43,451 nt of DNA from Verrucomicrobiota bacterium (GTDB lineage Bacteria; Verrucomicrobiota; Verrucomicrobiia; Verrucomicrobiales; DEV007): NCBI GenBank assembly GCA_045046875.1, contig JASFYY010000042.1:1-43451 (forward strand). Reading direction: 5' to 3'. The notes beneath the pieces were generated by a model, which did no database searches, was not told where the DNA came from, and saw only the letters and a list, made by a program, of their open reading frames with translations. Positions within the stretch are counted from its first letter, which is position 1; each line of letters begins with the position of its first letter. Below, piece after piece: positions 9,931 to 20,311 of this stretch. A program made the position numbers and the translations under genes.

Positions 9931-10554
9931 TCATCCCTCTTCACTACCCCAGTCCGCCATTTCCCTGCGGATCTTCGGCCGGATGAACCAAATCAGGATG
10001 AACAAAGGCAATACCATCAGCCACGCTAATCCCACAAACAGCATCACCGTGGAAAGGATTTCAGTTGCATTACCTACCATGTCGGCCACTTGATCCGCTC
10101 CCGCGGCCCCTGACGCCCCTCCCGCTTTTTCCATTGCCTTCCTTTGCTGCTCTATCACCAAGGGCATCTGCTCCCTCTGCATGATAAAATTGAAAACGCC
10201 ACCCACCAAGCCAAACACGATTTTCATCAAAGCCCAGCCCACCAACACAAACATCGCAAAACGTTTGCGGAAAATCAGCACCAGACTGCCGGCGAACAAT
10301 AACAAACCCAGCAGAATATCAACTGCTCCACTGCCCAACATAAAAGGCTTCCACTTATCATAAAACTCCGGCGGCAAATTGGAAACCTTCGCCATCATTT
10401 CACCAAAAAAACTCGAAGCAATCGCACTCAAGCCCTTCAACACCCCCAAAATACCAAATATCAAGGTGATGATGCCCACGGTTTTAGGCCAGCTCGACTT
10501 TTTTGCCGGGCGACGCTCCCTGATCTGGTTTTGCTGATATTCTTGTTCGTTCAT
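9931..10554 (-). CDS. Hypothetical membrane protein (about 4 TM)
   Basis: 207-aa ORF, four hydrophobic segments, promoter directly upstream. Confidence 0.85.
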   Translation of the reverse strand: MNEQEYQQNQIRERRPAKKSSWPKTVGIITLIFGILGVLKGLSAIASSFFGEMMAKVSNLPPEFYDKWKPFMLGSGAVDILLGLLLFAGSLVLIFRKRFAMFVLVGWALMKIVFGLVGGVFNFIMQREQMPLVIEQQRKAMEKAGGASGAAGADQVADMVGNATEILSTVMLFVGLAWLMVLPLFILIWFIRPKIRREMADWGSEEG

Positions 10555-10560
10555 GCCCCG

Positions 10561-10589
10561 AGTCTATCGACTGAACTCTATTCGGGCAA
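10561..10589 (-). promoter_or_regulatory. Sigma70-type promoter, probably leaderless transcript
   Basis: TTGCCC-N17-TAGACT-N6-ATG(10554). Confidence 0.6.
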
Positions 10590-10594
10590 TTCCA

Positions 10595-10615
10595 AATTCA
10601 TAATTCATAATTATT
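10595..10615. repeat. Short heptamer tandem repeat
   Basis: aattcat aattcat aattatt in a divergent intergenic region. Confidence 0.4.
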
Positions 10616-10687
10616 ATTCTCCTCCTCACGCAAATACGCCAAAAATTAGCTTTGCCCGGCGCACGATCTAAAGGACACTAGAGATCT

Positions 10688-12250
10688 ATGAAAAAGCTGA
10701 CTTTCTTCCTTTCCGCAATCCTTGCGACGCTAACGCTCTCCTCAGGAACCTCAAGCCTCGCCGCAGCCGACGGCCCACCCAACATCGTCTTCATTTTCAC
10801 CGATGATCACTGCGAACAAGCGCTTAGCGCTTACGACCCTTTACGGATCAGCACACCGAACATGGATCGCATCGCCAAGGAGGGCATGCGCTTCAACCGT
10901 TGTTACGTGACCAATGCTATCTGCGGCCCCAGCCGCGCGGTCATCCAAACCGGTAAATACAGTCACCTCAACGGTTTCATGACCAACTACCATCGCTTCA
11001 ATGGCGATCAGCAAACCTTCCCTAAAATCCTGCGCAAAAAAGGTTACCAAACAGCGGTGATCGGCAAGTGGCATTTGGGAAGCACCCCCCAGGGTTTTGA
11101 TTATTACGACGTACTGGTCGGCCAAGGCCCTTATTACAACCCTCCCATGTTAACCGGAGGAATCGAAGGCGAACCCAAAAAAATCGCTCACACAGGGTAC
11201 ACCACCGACATCCTTACCGACAAAACTTTGGCATGGCTCAAAAAGGTCGATAAAAACAAACCTTTCATGGTGATGTACCAACACAAAGCCCCACACCGCA
11301 ATTGGCAGCCCGGCCCCAAATACCTCAACTGGCTCGATGACAAAACCATCGCCGAACCGGAAACCTTGTTTGATGACTACTCCCACCGCGCCTCCCCCGC
11401 TTCGAATCAGGAAATGACCATCGAACGTCACCTTTCCAGCAAGGATCTGAAATTTGATGATCCCAAAAACCTCACACCCCAACAGCTCGCCACTTGGAAG
11501 GCTGCTTATGACCCTAAGAATGAAGCCTTCCGCAAAGCCAAGCTGAGCGGACGTGAGCTGGTAAAATGGAAATACCAACGCTATGTCAAAGACTACCTAC
11601 GTTGCGTAAAATCCGTAGATGACGGTATCGGTCGAGTGCTCGACTACCTCGACGAATCTGGTTTGGCAAAAAACACCATCGTCATCTACTCCTCCGACCA
11701 AGGTTGGTATCTCGGTGAACACGGCTGGTTCGACAAACGCTGGATGTATGAAGAATCTCTCAAAACTCCTCTGCTCGCCCGCTGGCCCGGTGTCATCAAA
11801 CCCGGATCGATCAACAACGACATCGTCTCCAACCTCGATTTTGCCGAGACCTTTCTCAACATCGCCGGAGCCGCTGTCCCCTCCGACATGCAAGGCCAAT
11901 CACTCGTCCCGCTCTTCAAGGGCAGTACTCCACAAGACTGGCGCAAAAGTTTTTATTACCACTACTACGAATTCCCCGGAGCCCACGCCGTCGCCCGTCA
12001 CTATGGTGTGACCAGTGGCAAGCAAAAACTCATCCACTACTATGAACTCGATGAGTGGGAACTCTTCGACCTGGAAAAAGACCCTAACGAGCTCAAAAGC
12101 ATCTACGGCAAACCCGAGGCCGCCGAAGTTCAGCAAAAACTCGAAACCGAACTCAAACGTCTGCGCACCCTCTACAAACTGCCCGCCAAAGATCCACAAA
12201 GCTCCCACCGCAAACCAAAGAAAAAGAAAAAGCAGGTGAAGAAAAAGTAA
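10688..12250 (+). CDS. Formylglycine-dependent (Cys-type) sulfatase, secreted
   Basis: Signal peptide; [18 protein letters not shown] (CxPxR), [19 protein letters not shown]; Lys-rich tail. Confidence 0.95.
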   Translation: MKKLTFFLSAILATLTLSSGTSSLAAADGPPNIVFIFTDDHCEQALSAYDPLRISTPNMDRIAKEGMRFNRCYVTNAICGPSRAVIQTGKYSHLNGFMTNYHRFNGDQQTFPKILRKKGYQTAVIGKWHLGSTPQGFDYYDVLVGQGPYYNPPMLTGGIEGEPKKIAHTGYTTDILTDKTLAWLKKVDKNKPFMVMYQHKAPHRNWQPGPKYLNWLDDKTIAEPETLFDDYSHRASPASNQEMTIERHLSSKDLKFDDPKNLTPQQLATWKAAYDPKNEAFRKAKLSGRELVKWKYQRYVKDYLRCVKSVDDGIGRVLDYLDESGLAKNTIVIYSSDQGWYLGEHGWFDKRWMYEESLKTPLLARWPGVIKPGSINNDIVSNLDFAETFLNIAGAAVPSDMQGQSLVPLFKGSTPQDWRKSFYYHYYEFPGAHAVARHYGVTSGKQKLIHYYELDEWELFDLEKDPNELKSIYGKPEAAEVQQKLETELKRLRTLYKLPAKDPQSSHRKPKKKKKQVKKK

Positions 12251-12334
12251 ACTGATGTTTTTAAGGAATCAGAGAATAGTGTCCCTCGCTGCATTCCCAT
12301 TGGCTATCGAGAAAAAATGCGTTTACTCATTTGT

Positions 12335-13117
12335 ATGAAAACGCTTTCTCTCTCCCTTTTTCTCTATACTCTAATCGCTTTTGGCACATCCTTCGCTAAT
12401 CCTCCCTCCTTACCGAATCCTCTCCCTTCTGAAAAGGGGGGCATTGTGCTCACCTTTGATGATCGTAATTTCGACGACTGGCTGGCCGCTCTTCCCTTAT
12501 TCGAGCAATATAAGATCAAAGCCACTTTTTTCATCAGTGGCCCCGTCGATCAAAAGGCTCTCGATGCCGCTCTTGAACTAAAAAAACACGGCCACGCCAT
12601 AGGCTGCCACAGCATCCGCCACCTCGCTGCGGTTAAATACGCCGCGCAATTCTCTGCCGAACAATACGTTCAAAAAGAAGTCCTGCCGCAGCTAACCGCA
12701 TTCAAAGCCGCGGGCATTCATCCGACGGCCTTCGCCTACCCGATGAGCAACAACAACGAGTCCACCGATGCCGCCTTGTTAAAAATCTTCCGTCATGTCC
12801 GCACGGGAGCCGGCATCTCTTCTGGAGAACGTATCAGCGACAAAAAAGTTTTTTTTGTTCCAGTGTCCAACATCGGAAAACACCACATCCTTATCGGCAA
12901 GGGAGTAGATTACGCTCCCACTAAAATCCTTACTTTCCAACAGATCGATGACGCCTTGACCCGCGCCGCAAAAAACAAGGAAATCATCGTTCTTTACGCC
13001 CACCGCATCGCCTCCAGTGGAAAGGGCCATCGCATCAGCCCTACTGCACTTAAGCATATTTTCAACAGTGCAAAAAAGCTACAGTTACCCTTTTATACCG
13101 TTGATCAATTGCCTTAG
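12335..13117 (+). CDS. Polysaccharide deacetylase (NodB/CE4-like)
   Basis: LTFDD, ATFFI, GCHSIRH, FAYP; signal peptide from MKTLS. Confidence 0.85.
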   Translation: MKTLSLSLFLYTLIAFGTSFANPPSLPNPLPSEKGGIVLTFDDRNFDDWLAALPLFEQYKIKATFFISGPVDQKALDAALELKKHGHAIGCHSIRHLAAVKYAAQFSAEQYVQKEVLPQLTAFKAAGIHPTAFAYPMSNNNESTDAALLKIFRHVRTGAGISSGERISDKKVFFVPVSNIGKHHILIGKGVDYAPTKILTFQQIDDALTRAAKNKEIIVLYAHRIASSGKGHRISPTALKHIFNSAKKLQLPFYTVDQLP

Positions 13118-13195
13118 GCTCGCGGCAGAAACATAGCGCTTGCAATCATGCGACCTGCCTGTTCCAATCATCTCATTCAAACCGTGCGCCTTTCT

Positions 13196-14743
13196 ATGTT
13201 TCATTATAGCTTTCTACTGCTGATTGCAGTCAGTCTCACCTCCTGTGCGACCGCACCTCCCAATGATTCAAGGGCGAGTTCCTATGTTTTCACCTACACC
13301 GATACTAGCCACAGCCCGCTCGCTCAAGCGGCTAAACGAAAGATAGGTCAAAAAGGCAAAGCAGGCGAATCAGGGGCTCGCCTATTAACCGGAGGCCAAG
13401 ATGCTTTTTTGGCACGTATGAAACTCACCGAACACGCTCAAAAAAGTATCGACCTGCAATACTACATCTGGAACCAGGACCTGACGGGGCGGCTCTTCTC
13501 CAACCAACTGATCAAAGCCGCCGACCGTGGTGTGAGGGTTCGCCTCTTGGTGGATGACATGGTACTGATCGATCGTGATACGAATGCCGCGATCCTCGAT
13601 CAACATCCAAACATCGAAGTGCGTATCTTTAACCCTTTCAGCCGCAAATCATCGCGAGTTCTTCAAATGTTAGGCCAAATGAAAACCATCACCCGGCGCA
13701 TGCACAACAAATCCTTCACCGTGGACGGTCATGTCTGCATTCTCGGTGGCCGCAATATTGGCGATGAATACTTCGGTGCAAACGACGAAATAGACTACGG
13801 GGACCTTGATACACTGGTGATCGGCCCTGTTGTTAAAGAAATGGAGCATTCCTTCGACACCTACTGGAACAACGAGCTCTCTTACCCCATTGCTACGCTG
13901 CATCCGCAAAAACCAAGTGAAGCACAAATCAAAGAAGGTCGAGAAAAACTCTCTTCACTGATATCCACCAACGAAGCGGATCGCTACCGCAAAGCCCTGA
14001 CAAGATCTCATCTCGCTGAAGACCTTGAGAAAGGCCAACTTGAATTTGCATGGGGACAAGCGCGCATCATCGGAGATGCCCCGGAAAAAATCTCTAGCTC
14101 ACGATCCGCTACAAACTTACATCTCACTACCGCTCTGAAACCCTACTTCGACAAAACCCAAAAGGAGCTCATCATCATCTCTCCGTATTTTGTGCCAACC
14201 AAAACAGGCACGACCTATCTTGCCAGCATCGCCCGACGCGGAGTCAAGGTGCGCATTCTCACTAACTCACTCGCATCCACCGACGTACCGGCCGTGCATG
14301 CGGGCTACCGCAAATACCGCAAGGATTTACTGGCCGCGGGAATCGAACTCTACGAAGTCAATGATCAGAAGAAAAAACTCGACAGCCGTGATCTGAATTG
14401 GCTGGGAGGCGCCTCGAAATCCAGCCTACACGCCAAATCCTTTGTCTTTGATCGTCAACAATCCTTCATTGGCTCTTTCAACTTCGACCCACGCTCGGCC
14501 AAGGAAAACACCGAAGTTGGCATCGTACTGGATTCGCCTGAGATCGCTCAAGAGCTCGCTTTTATTTTTGACAACCGCCTGAAAAAATCGGTTTATCAAC
14601 TGCAACTATCAAAAGGGAAACTGCTCTGGCAAGAGGTCAAGAAAGGTGAACTCAAAATCCATCACAAAGACCCTCACACCAGCTTCTTCCAACGCCTCAC
14701 TCCTCGCCTAATGGGTCTGCTGCCAATTGAATGGTTATTGTAA
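13196..14743 (+). CDS. Phospholipase D family lipoprotein (ClsC-like cardiolipin synthase)
   Basis: Two HKD motifs (MHNKSFTVD..GGRN; LHAKSFVFD..GSFN); lipobox LTSC. Confidence 0.9.
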   Translation: MFHYSFLLLIAVSLTSCATAPPNDSRASSYVFTYTDTSHSPLAQAAKRKIGQKGKAGESGARLLTGGQDAFLARMKLTEHAQKSIDLQYYIWNQDLTGRLFSNQLIKAADRGVRVRLLVDDMVLIDRDTNAAILDQHPNIEVRIFNPFSRKSSRVLQMLGQMKTITRRMHNKSFTVDGHVCILGGRNIGDEYFGANDEIDYGDLDTLVIGPVVKEMEHSFDTYWNNELSYPIATLHPQKPSEAQIKEGREKLSSLISTNEADRYRKALTRSHLAEDLEKGQLEFAWGQARIIGDAPEKISSSRSATNLHLTTALKPYFDKTQKELIIISPYFVPTKTGTTYLASIARRGVKVRILTNSLASTDVPAVHAGYRKYRKDLLAAGIELYEVNDQKKKLDSRDLNWLGGASKSSLHAKSFVFDRQQSFIGSFNFDPRSAKENTEVGIVLDSPEIAQELAFIFDNRLKKSVYQLQLSKGKLLWQEVKKGELKIHHKDPHTSFFQRLTPRLMGLLPIEWLL

Positions 14744-14804
14744 AAGAGCTACTTTTTTTGCTGTGGCCCTAACATCAACGAAGCAGGCAGTAGTTTAGGG
14801 TGAT

Positions 14805-15758
14805 TTATTTTTCGCCCCCCTTCCTCTCCCCCCGCCACAACCACCTCAAAGATTCCGGGAAAATGGCACCTCCATGATTACCGTTATGGGCACCTTCGCC
14901 AAAAATAAATTTGGAATCGTAGTTCGCAAACTTCAACGCCGCAGCCATTTGTTGATTCGACAAGGGCCAATTACCATGCTGATTATCCACGTCATTGGAG
15001 CCGTCCTGGAGAAAAACCCGCAACGGTTTTTTCTCAGTCTTGCGAATCAGTGACGGATACACATGCCCTCCACGAATGTTGGTGAAACTACCAATCTGAC
15101 TGATTACCTTGCGGAATAAATCCGGTCGCTGCCAAGCCACCGTAAACGCACAAATTCCGCCCGAACTCATGCCACAAATTGCTCGTTGTTCCGGGTCGTC
15201 CGTAAGTCGGTAACTTTTGCCCACTTCAGCAAGAATTTCGGTTTCTAGAAATTTTGCGTAATCGGCACTGAGCGTATCGTATTCAAAAGAACGATTGCTC
15301 TTCACCCCCTTCGGAGCACGCCATTTCTGAGGCGCATCCAGTTCATCGGCGAACCAGCCAGGATTAATAAAAATGCCAATCGTCACCGGCATGTCTCCCG
15401 CCGCGATCAAGTTATCAAAAACAATCGGCACCCTCACTTGCCCCTTCTCCCCGACATAAGCATGCCCATCCTGAAAGACCATCACGGCAGCTTTCTGCTT
15501 ACCCTCCGCTTTATACTGCGCCGGCACATAAACCGAATACTCACGAATCGTGTCGGGAAAAACCTTGCTCTTCCAGGTTTTGGTAACCACCTTACCTTTC
15601 GGAACCCCCTCTTTACGTTCAGAGTCAGGGCCAAAGGCATATTCTTTTGTTTTGGTTTTATCATCCGCAGCAAAAGCTGATACGGCAAAAACCCCTACCG
15701 TGAATATGACAAACAGCCTCAAAAAAACAGCCTCAGGAGATTTAATCGTCGTTATCAT
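14805..15758 (-). CDS. Alpha/beta hydrolase, enterochelin-esterase-like
   Basis: VMVFQDG, GMSSGG nucleophile elbow, GEGAH; start uncertain. Confidence 0.85.
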   Translation of the reverse strand: MITTIKSPEAVFLRLFVIFTVGVFAVSAFAADDKTKTKEYAFGPDSERKEGVPKGKVVTKTWKSKVFPDTIREYSVYVPAQYKAEGKQKAAVMVFQDGHAYVGEKGQVRVPIVFDNLIAAGDMPVTIGIFINPGWFADELDAPQKWRAPKGVKSNRSFEYDTLSADYAKFLETEILAEVGKSYRLTDDPEQRAICGMSSGGICAFTVAWQRPDLFRKVISQIGSFTNIRGGHVYPSLIRKTEKKPLRVFLQDGSNDVDNQHGNWPLSNQQMAAALKFANYDSKFIFGEGAHNGNHGGAIFPESLRWLWRGERKGGEK

Positions 15759-15803
15759 ATCCACCAAATATCGCCAGCCCAACACCAACCGCAAGCTCCG
15801 AAA

Positions 15804-16142
15804 TCATACCAGTATCGACTCGATCTTAGCCACCACCTGCGCAACCGCTTCAGAACCCAGCTTCTCAATAAATTCTACTTCTCGTTTTTCCCAATCAAGA
15901 TTTTTTATCTGGTCTGATAAAACCACACCAGCAACCTGCTTCCCTTCTATCAATACCTCAAACGGATAACCCTTAATTTTTGAGGTGATCGGACAAAACA
16001 AAGCTAATCCTACCTTAGAATTATAAGACTTGGGAGACAGCACTAAAGCAGGCCTTTTTCCTCTTTGCTCGTGCCCTGCTTGCGGGTTGAACTGCAACCA
16101 CACTAGATCACCACGCTCTGGCACATATTGCTTCCTCACCAC
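15804..16142 (-). CDS. mazF: MazF/PemK endoribonuclease toxin
   Basis: YVPERGDLVWLQFNPQAGHEQRGKRPALVLSP..CPITS..KGYPFEV; GTG start overlaps the mazE stop. Confidence 0.96.
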   Translation of the reverse strand: MVRKQYVPERGDLVWLQFNPQAGHEQRGKRPALVLSPKSYNSKVGLALFCPITSKIKGYPFEVLIEGKQVAGVVLSDQIKNLDWEKREVEFIEKLGSEAVAQVVAKIESILV

Positions 16143-16378
16143 TCCTCCTTACCAACGGAACTTCCTGTATCAATCCCTTCGTGAAGATTGCCTTCGTTTA
16201 CCTCCGACAACAAAACGTCCAAGTTGTAGTGAAAACTTTTTTTAGGAGTCAAAACAATTTCTCCTTCCCTATTATTGATCTCCATCTCAAGCCCCTCGAT
16301 CAAATTTGCCTCACTTACCAACACGCTCGGTATTCGCAAAGCCAGACTATTCCCCCATTTACTAATCTTAGTCTTCAT
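16136..16378 (-). CDS. mazE: MazE/AbrB antitoxin
   Basis: KWGNSLALRIP; C-terminal H.EID.G..VGKE.W-like tail; directly upstream of mazF. Confidence 0.95.
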   Translation of the reverse strand: MKTKISKWGNSLALRIPSVLVSEANLIEGLEMEINNREGEIVLTPKKSFHYNLDVLLSEVNEGNLHEGIDTGSSVGKEEW

Positions 16379-16384
16379 GATGAC

Positions 16385-16413
16385 AGTATGTATCTACAAC
16401 GTAGATCCGTCAA
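16385..16413 (-). promoter_or_regulatory. mazEF promoter with palindromic operator in the spacer
   Basis: TTGACG-N17-CATACT-N6-ATG; palindrome ATCTAC-aac-GTAGAT at 16392-16406. Confidence 0.75.
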
Positions 16414-16515
16414 CCATTGGCTCAATCAACACCACTTTTCGTTTTTTCGTAACTCAGCGTCTTCATGTTATCTCCCCCGCATTTGCGAGATCGGCGGCGG
16501 TTAAATTCTCCTCCG

Positions 16516-18243
16516 CTACAAATCCTCATCCGTCAGCGCCCCCTGCGAAGCACAATTAACCAACTTAGCATACTTAGCCAAAACTCCTCGACGATAACGC
16601 GGCTTGGGTTGTTTCCATTTCTTCAAACGAGCAGCGATCTCCTTCTTAGTAACATGCAACGTCATCTTGCGTTTCACGGTATCGACAGAAATCTGATCTC
16701 CATTCTCTACGATGGCCAAGGGTCCACCCAGAAAAGCTTCTGGAGTCACATGCCCCACCACAAAACCGTGGCTACCTCCGGAAAAACGTCCATCAGTGAG
16801 CAAAGCCACATCCTTACCCAGTCCACGCCCCATGATCGCAGCGGTGGGTCCGAGCATCTCCCGCATCCCCGGCCCGCCTTTCGGTCCTTCCATGCGAATC
16901 ACAATCACATCACCTTTTTTGATCCGGCCACTGAGGATCGCTTTCATCGCCGCTTCCTCGGAATTAAAGGGGCGCGCCGTGCCTTTGAAAAAATCACCTT
17001 CCTTGCCACTGATTTTCGCCACCGCTCCAGTGGGCGCCAGGTTGCCGTAAAGAATCGTCAAATGACTTTCAGCTTTGATCGGATTACTAAAAGGACGGAT
17101 CACTTTCTGCCCCTTTGGATAAGCTTTCACTTTAGCCAGGTTCTGTTTCAAGGTGCGTCCGGTCACTGTCATGCAATCGCCATGCAACAAACCTTTGTTC
17201 AACAGCATCTTCATCAGCGGTAAAGTTCCTCCGATATCCACCAAGCTCTCCATCATGAATTGCCCGCTAGGTTTCAAATCTGCCAACACTGGCACCTTTT
17301 TCCCAATCCGAGTGAAATCGTCTATCGACAACTTAACGCCGATAGATGACGCCATTGCCAATAAATGCAAAACCGCGTTCGTCGACCCACCCAAAGCAAT
17401 CACCACCGTGATCGCATTTTCAAAAGCCTTCTTGGTCATGATGTCACGTGGCCGAATGTTATTTTTCAACAAACCCACCACGGCGGCACCCGCATCAAAA
17501 CAATCCATCAACTTATCGTCAGACACTGCTGCCTGAGCTGAACTGTTAGGCAAACTCATGCCCAAGGCTTCTATCGCCGAAGCCATCGTATTTGCCGTAT
17601 ACATGCCTCCACAAGAACCTGCGCCAGGTATCGCCACCTCGCTCACGGCCTCCAGATCGTCATTCGAAATCACACCAGCTGATTCCTGCCCCACCGCTTC
17701 ATAGACGGAAACAATATCGACTTCTTTCTCATTCAAACAACCCGCTTTGATCGTACCTCCATAAACAAAAACCGCTGGACGGTTCAAGCGCGCCAGTGCC
17801 ATCAGGCAGCCCGGCATATTTTTATCGCAGCCTCCTATCGCCACCAGACCATCCATACCTTCGGCACCGGCAACCGTTTCAATCGAATCAGCGATGACCT
17901 CGCGCGAAACCAACGAATACTTCATGCCCTCGGTTCCCATCGAGATGCCATCTGACACGGTGATGGTATTAAACACCACCGCCTTACCACCCGCAGCATC
18001 CACTCCTTTAGCCGACTCGTCTGCCAGCTTGTTGATGTGCATGTTACAGGGAGTGACCATGCTCCAAGTCGACGCGATGCCCACCTGTGATTTTTCAAAA
18101 TCCTCACGTTCAAAACCCACCGCATAAAGCATCGAACGACTGCCCGCCCGATCCGGCCCGTCCACCATCGGTCCGGAAAACTGACGGTGGGCTTGAGTGA
18201 TCGCTTTTTTGCGGCTGGTTTTTTTCTTTGCTGACGCTTTCAT
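16516..18243 (-). CDS. ilvD: Dihydroxy-acid dehydratase
   Basis: [48 protein letters not shown]. Confidence 0.97.
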   Translation of the reverse strand: MKASAKKKTSRKKAITQAHRQFSGPMVDGPDRAGSRSMLYAVGFEREDFEKSQVGIASTWSMVTPCNMHINKLADESAKGVDAAGGKAVVFNTITVSDGISMGTEGMKYSLVSREVIADSIETVAGAEGMDGLVAIGGCDKNMPGCLMALARLNRPAVFVYGGTIKAGCLNEKEVDIVSVYEAVGQESAGVISNDDLEAVSEVAIPGAGSCGGMYTANTMASAIEALGMSLPNSSAQAAVSDDKLMDCFDAGAAVVGLLKNNIRPRDIMTKKAFENAITVVIALGGSTNAVLHLLAMASSIGVKLSIDDFTRIGKKVPVLADLKPSGQFMMESLVDIGGTLPLMKMLLNKGLLHGDCMTVTGRTLKQNLAKVKAYPKGQKVIRPFSNPIKAESHLTILYGNLAPTGAVAKISGKEGDFFKGTARPFNSEEAAMKAILSGRIKKGDVIVIRMEGPKGGPGMREMLGPTAAIMGRGLGKDVALLTDGRFSGGSHGFVVGHVTPEAFLGGPLAIVENGDQISVDTVKRKMTLHVTKKEIAARLKKWKQPKPRYRRGVLAKYAKLVNCASQGALTDEDL

Positions 18244-18407
18244 GGCTTAATAATATCTGATGCTGAAGTATCCGCTAACAGTTTGTTGCCCCGTCCGTCC
18301 CGTCAAGCAATCAGTGGAATTTTCCAACGCATGAATAGACGCCTCCTTGCCCTGTTTTACGCGGAAAGCAGTTGCACGGCGTTAAAAAACGCCCTAAATA
18401 GCGACAC

Positions 18408-20003
18408 ATGGCTAAGCACAAAATACTCGTCGCCGATTCGATTTCAGAAAAAGGAATCGATGATCTCAAGAACGACCCTGATATCGAGGTCGATGTGAAG
18501 TTCGGACTCAGTGAAGACGAACTCGTCGCTATCGCATCAGAATACTCTGGTATCATCGTGCGCAGCGCCACCAAAATCACCGCACGGGTGATCGAAGCCG
18601 CTACCCAATTGAAAGCCATCGGTCGTGCCGGAGTCGGAGTGGACAACATCGACATTCCCACCGCCACCAAACACGGAGTGATCGTGATGAACACTCCTGC
18701 CGGCAATACCATCTCGACCGCCGAACACGCTTTCAGCCTGATGACCTCCATGGCTCGCACCATTCCCCAGGCTCACGCCAGTGTGGTTGCTGGGCGATGG
18801 GATCGCAAAAAATATGAAGGGGTGGAACTTTACAAAAAAACCCTGGCAGTGCTCGGCATGGGTCGCATCGGCAGTGAATTCGCCAAACGCGCGCTTTCTT
18901 TTGGCATGCGCGTCGTTGCCTACGATCCCTATCTCGCTGCCAGTCAGGCCAAGATCATGCGAGTCGAATTATGTGAAAGCATCGAAGACGCCGTCGCCCA
19001 AGCCGACTTCATCACCATGCACATGCCCAAAACACCCGAGACCACGCACATGATCAATGCCGAGCGTATCGCCTTGATGAAAGACGGTGTGCGCATCGTC
19101 AACTGCGCACGTGGCGGATTGATCGACGAAGCCGCTCTACTCGAAGGCATCGAAAGTGGCAAGATCGCCGGAGCCGCCCTCGACGTTTACGAAACCGAAC
19201 CTCCAACCGCTGATAGCGCTTTACTCAAATGCGATAAAATCGTATTCACCCCCCATCTCGGAGCTTCCACCCAGGAAGCCCAGGAAAACGTCGGTATCGA
19301 AATCGCCCACACCGTCCGCGACGCCGTGCTCAACGGCACCGTCGTCAACTCGATCAACACCCCCAATATCGATGAAAAAACCATCGAAGAAATTGGGCCC
19401 TACCTCGATCTTGCCGAAGTACTGGGCAAACTGATTTCCCACATCGCCCCGCAACAGCCGGATTTCTTCCGTATCAACTACAACGGCAAAGTCAGCGATG
19501 TCGATACCACCCTCATCACCCGTTCCGCTCTGAAAGGTTTCCTTTCCCTGAGTTCCGGTGAAACCACTGTCAATACCCTCAACGCACCTAGTTTTGCTGA
19601 AAACCGGGGGATCCGCGTGACCGAGTCCCGCATCCCAGCCCCTTGTGAGTTCACCGACCTGATCGAAGTCGAAGTTGGCAACGAAAAAGAAAGCACCGCC
19701 GTAGCCGGAACCTTTTTTGGCAACCAACCACGCATCGTCAAAATCCGCGACCGCTCAGTCGAAGCCACTCCAGAGGGCCACCTGCTGATGCTCGAAAATC
19801 TCGACTCACCCGGCGTCGTCGGCCATGTCGGCAAAACGCTCGCGCAACACGGCGTCAACATCGCCAGCATGTCACTCAGCCGCAACAAAGTCGGCGGCCG
19901 CGCCCTCAGCGTGCTCAACCTCGACTCCGCCCCCAGCGACACCTTGCTCGGCGACCTGGAAGCCCACGAAGGCATCCACGAAGCCCGTTCCATCGACCTT
20001 TAA
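18408..20003 (+). CDS. serA: D-3-phosphoglycerate dehydrogenase (long form with ASB and ACT domains)
   Basis: GRAGVGVDNID, GMGRIG, NCARGG, TPHLGAST.EAQ, C-terminal ACT domain. Confidence 0.96.
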   Translation: MAKHKILVADSISEKGIDDLKNDPDIEVDVKFGLSEDELVAIASEYSGIIVRSATKITARVIEAATQLKAIGRAGVGVDNIDIPTATKHGVIVMNTPAGNTISTAEHAFSLMTSMARTIPQAHASVVAGRWDRKKYEGVELYKKTLAVLGMGRIGSEFAKRALSFGMRVVAYDPYLAASQAKIMRVELCESIEDAVAQADFITMHMPKTPETTHMINAERIALMKDGVRIVNCARGGLIDEAALLEGIESGKIAGAALDVYETEPPTADSALLKCDKIVFTPHLGASTQEAQENVGIEIAHTVRDAVLNGTVVNSINTPNIDEKTIEEIGPYLDLAEVLGKLISHIAPQQPDFFRINYNGKVSDVDTTLITRSALKGFLSLSSGETTVNTLNAPSFAENRGIRVTESRIPAPCEFTDLIEVEVGNEKESTAVAGTFFGNQPRIVKIRDRSVEATPEGHLLMLENLDSPGVVGHVGKTLAQHGVNIASMSLSRNKVGGRALSVLNLDSAPSDTLLGDLEAHEGIHEARSIDL

Positions 20004-20028
20004 GCCACCCCACAACTGTTCTTCTTCA

Positions 20029-20131
20029 ATTCAAGAACAAATTTGCATGGGGTTTGACCCTTTTTATTTATTCAAGAACAAATTTGCATGGGGTTTGACC
20101 CTTTTTATTTGGGGTTTGACCCTTTTTATTT
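20029..20131. repeat. Tandem direct repeat: 2 x 41 bp plus a 21-bp partial copy
   Basis: attcaagaacaaatttgcatggggtttgaccctttttattt at 20029-20069 and 20070-20110 (identical); ggggtttgaccctttttattt at 20111-20131. Confidence 0.95.
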
Positions 20132-20311
20132 ACTTGTTTCCAGGCGACCTCGTAAAGCTGGTCTCCAATCCGCCGTGAGTTTTTTAGCTCGCACAACAAC
20201 CGCAATCACTTGGGCGCTTGCCTTTAATAAACCTGCGTTTATCTGCGAAATCCGTGCTGTAAAACACCGAGCTTTAACCTTATCATGCTCCACGTAGGCC
20301 TGCGCCCGATC

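Noticed and set aside
15781..16505. Terminal inverted repeats around mazEF
   Set aside because: Only about 6 bp (aaccgc/gcggtt) match; too weak to support.
20029..20131. CRISPR array
   Set aside because: Repeats are directly adjacent with no unique spacers, and there are no cas genes.
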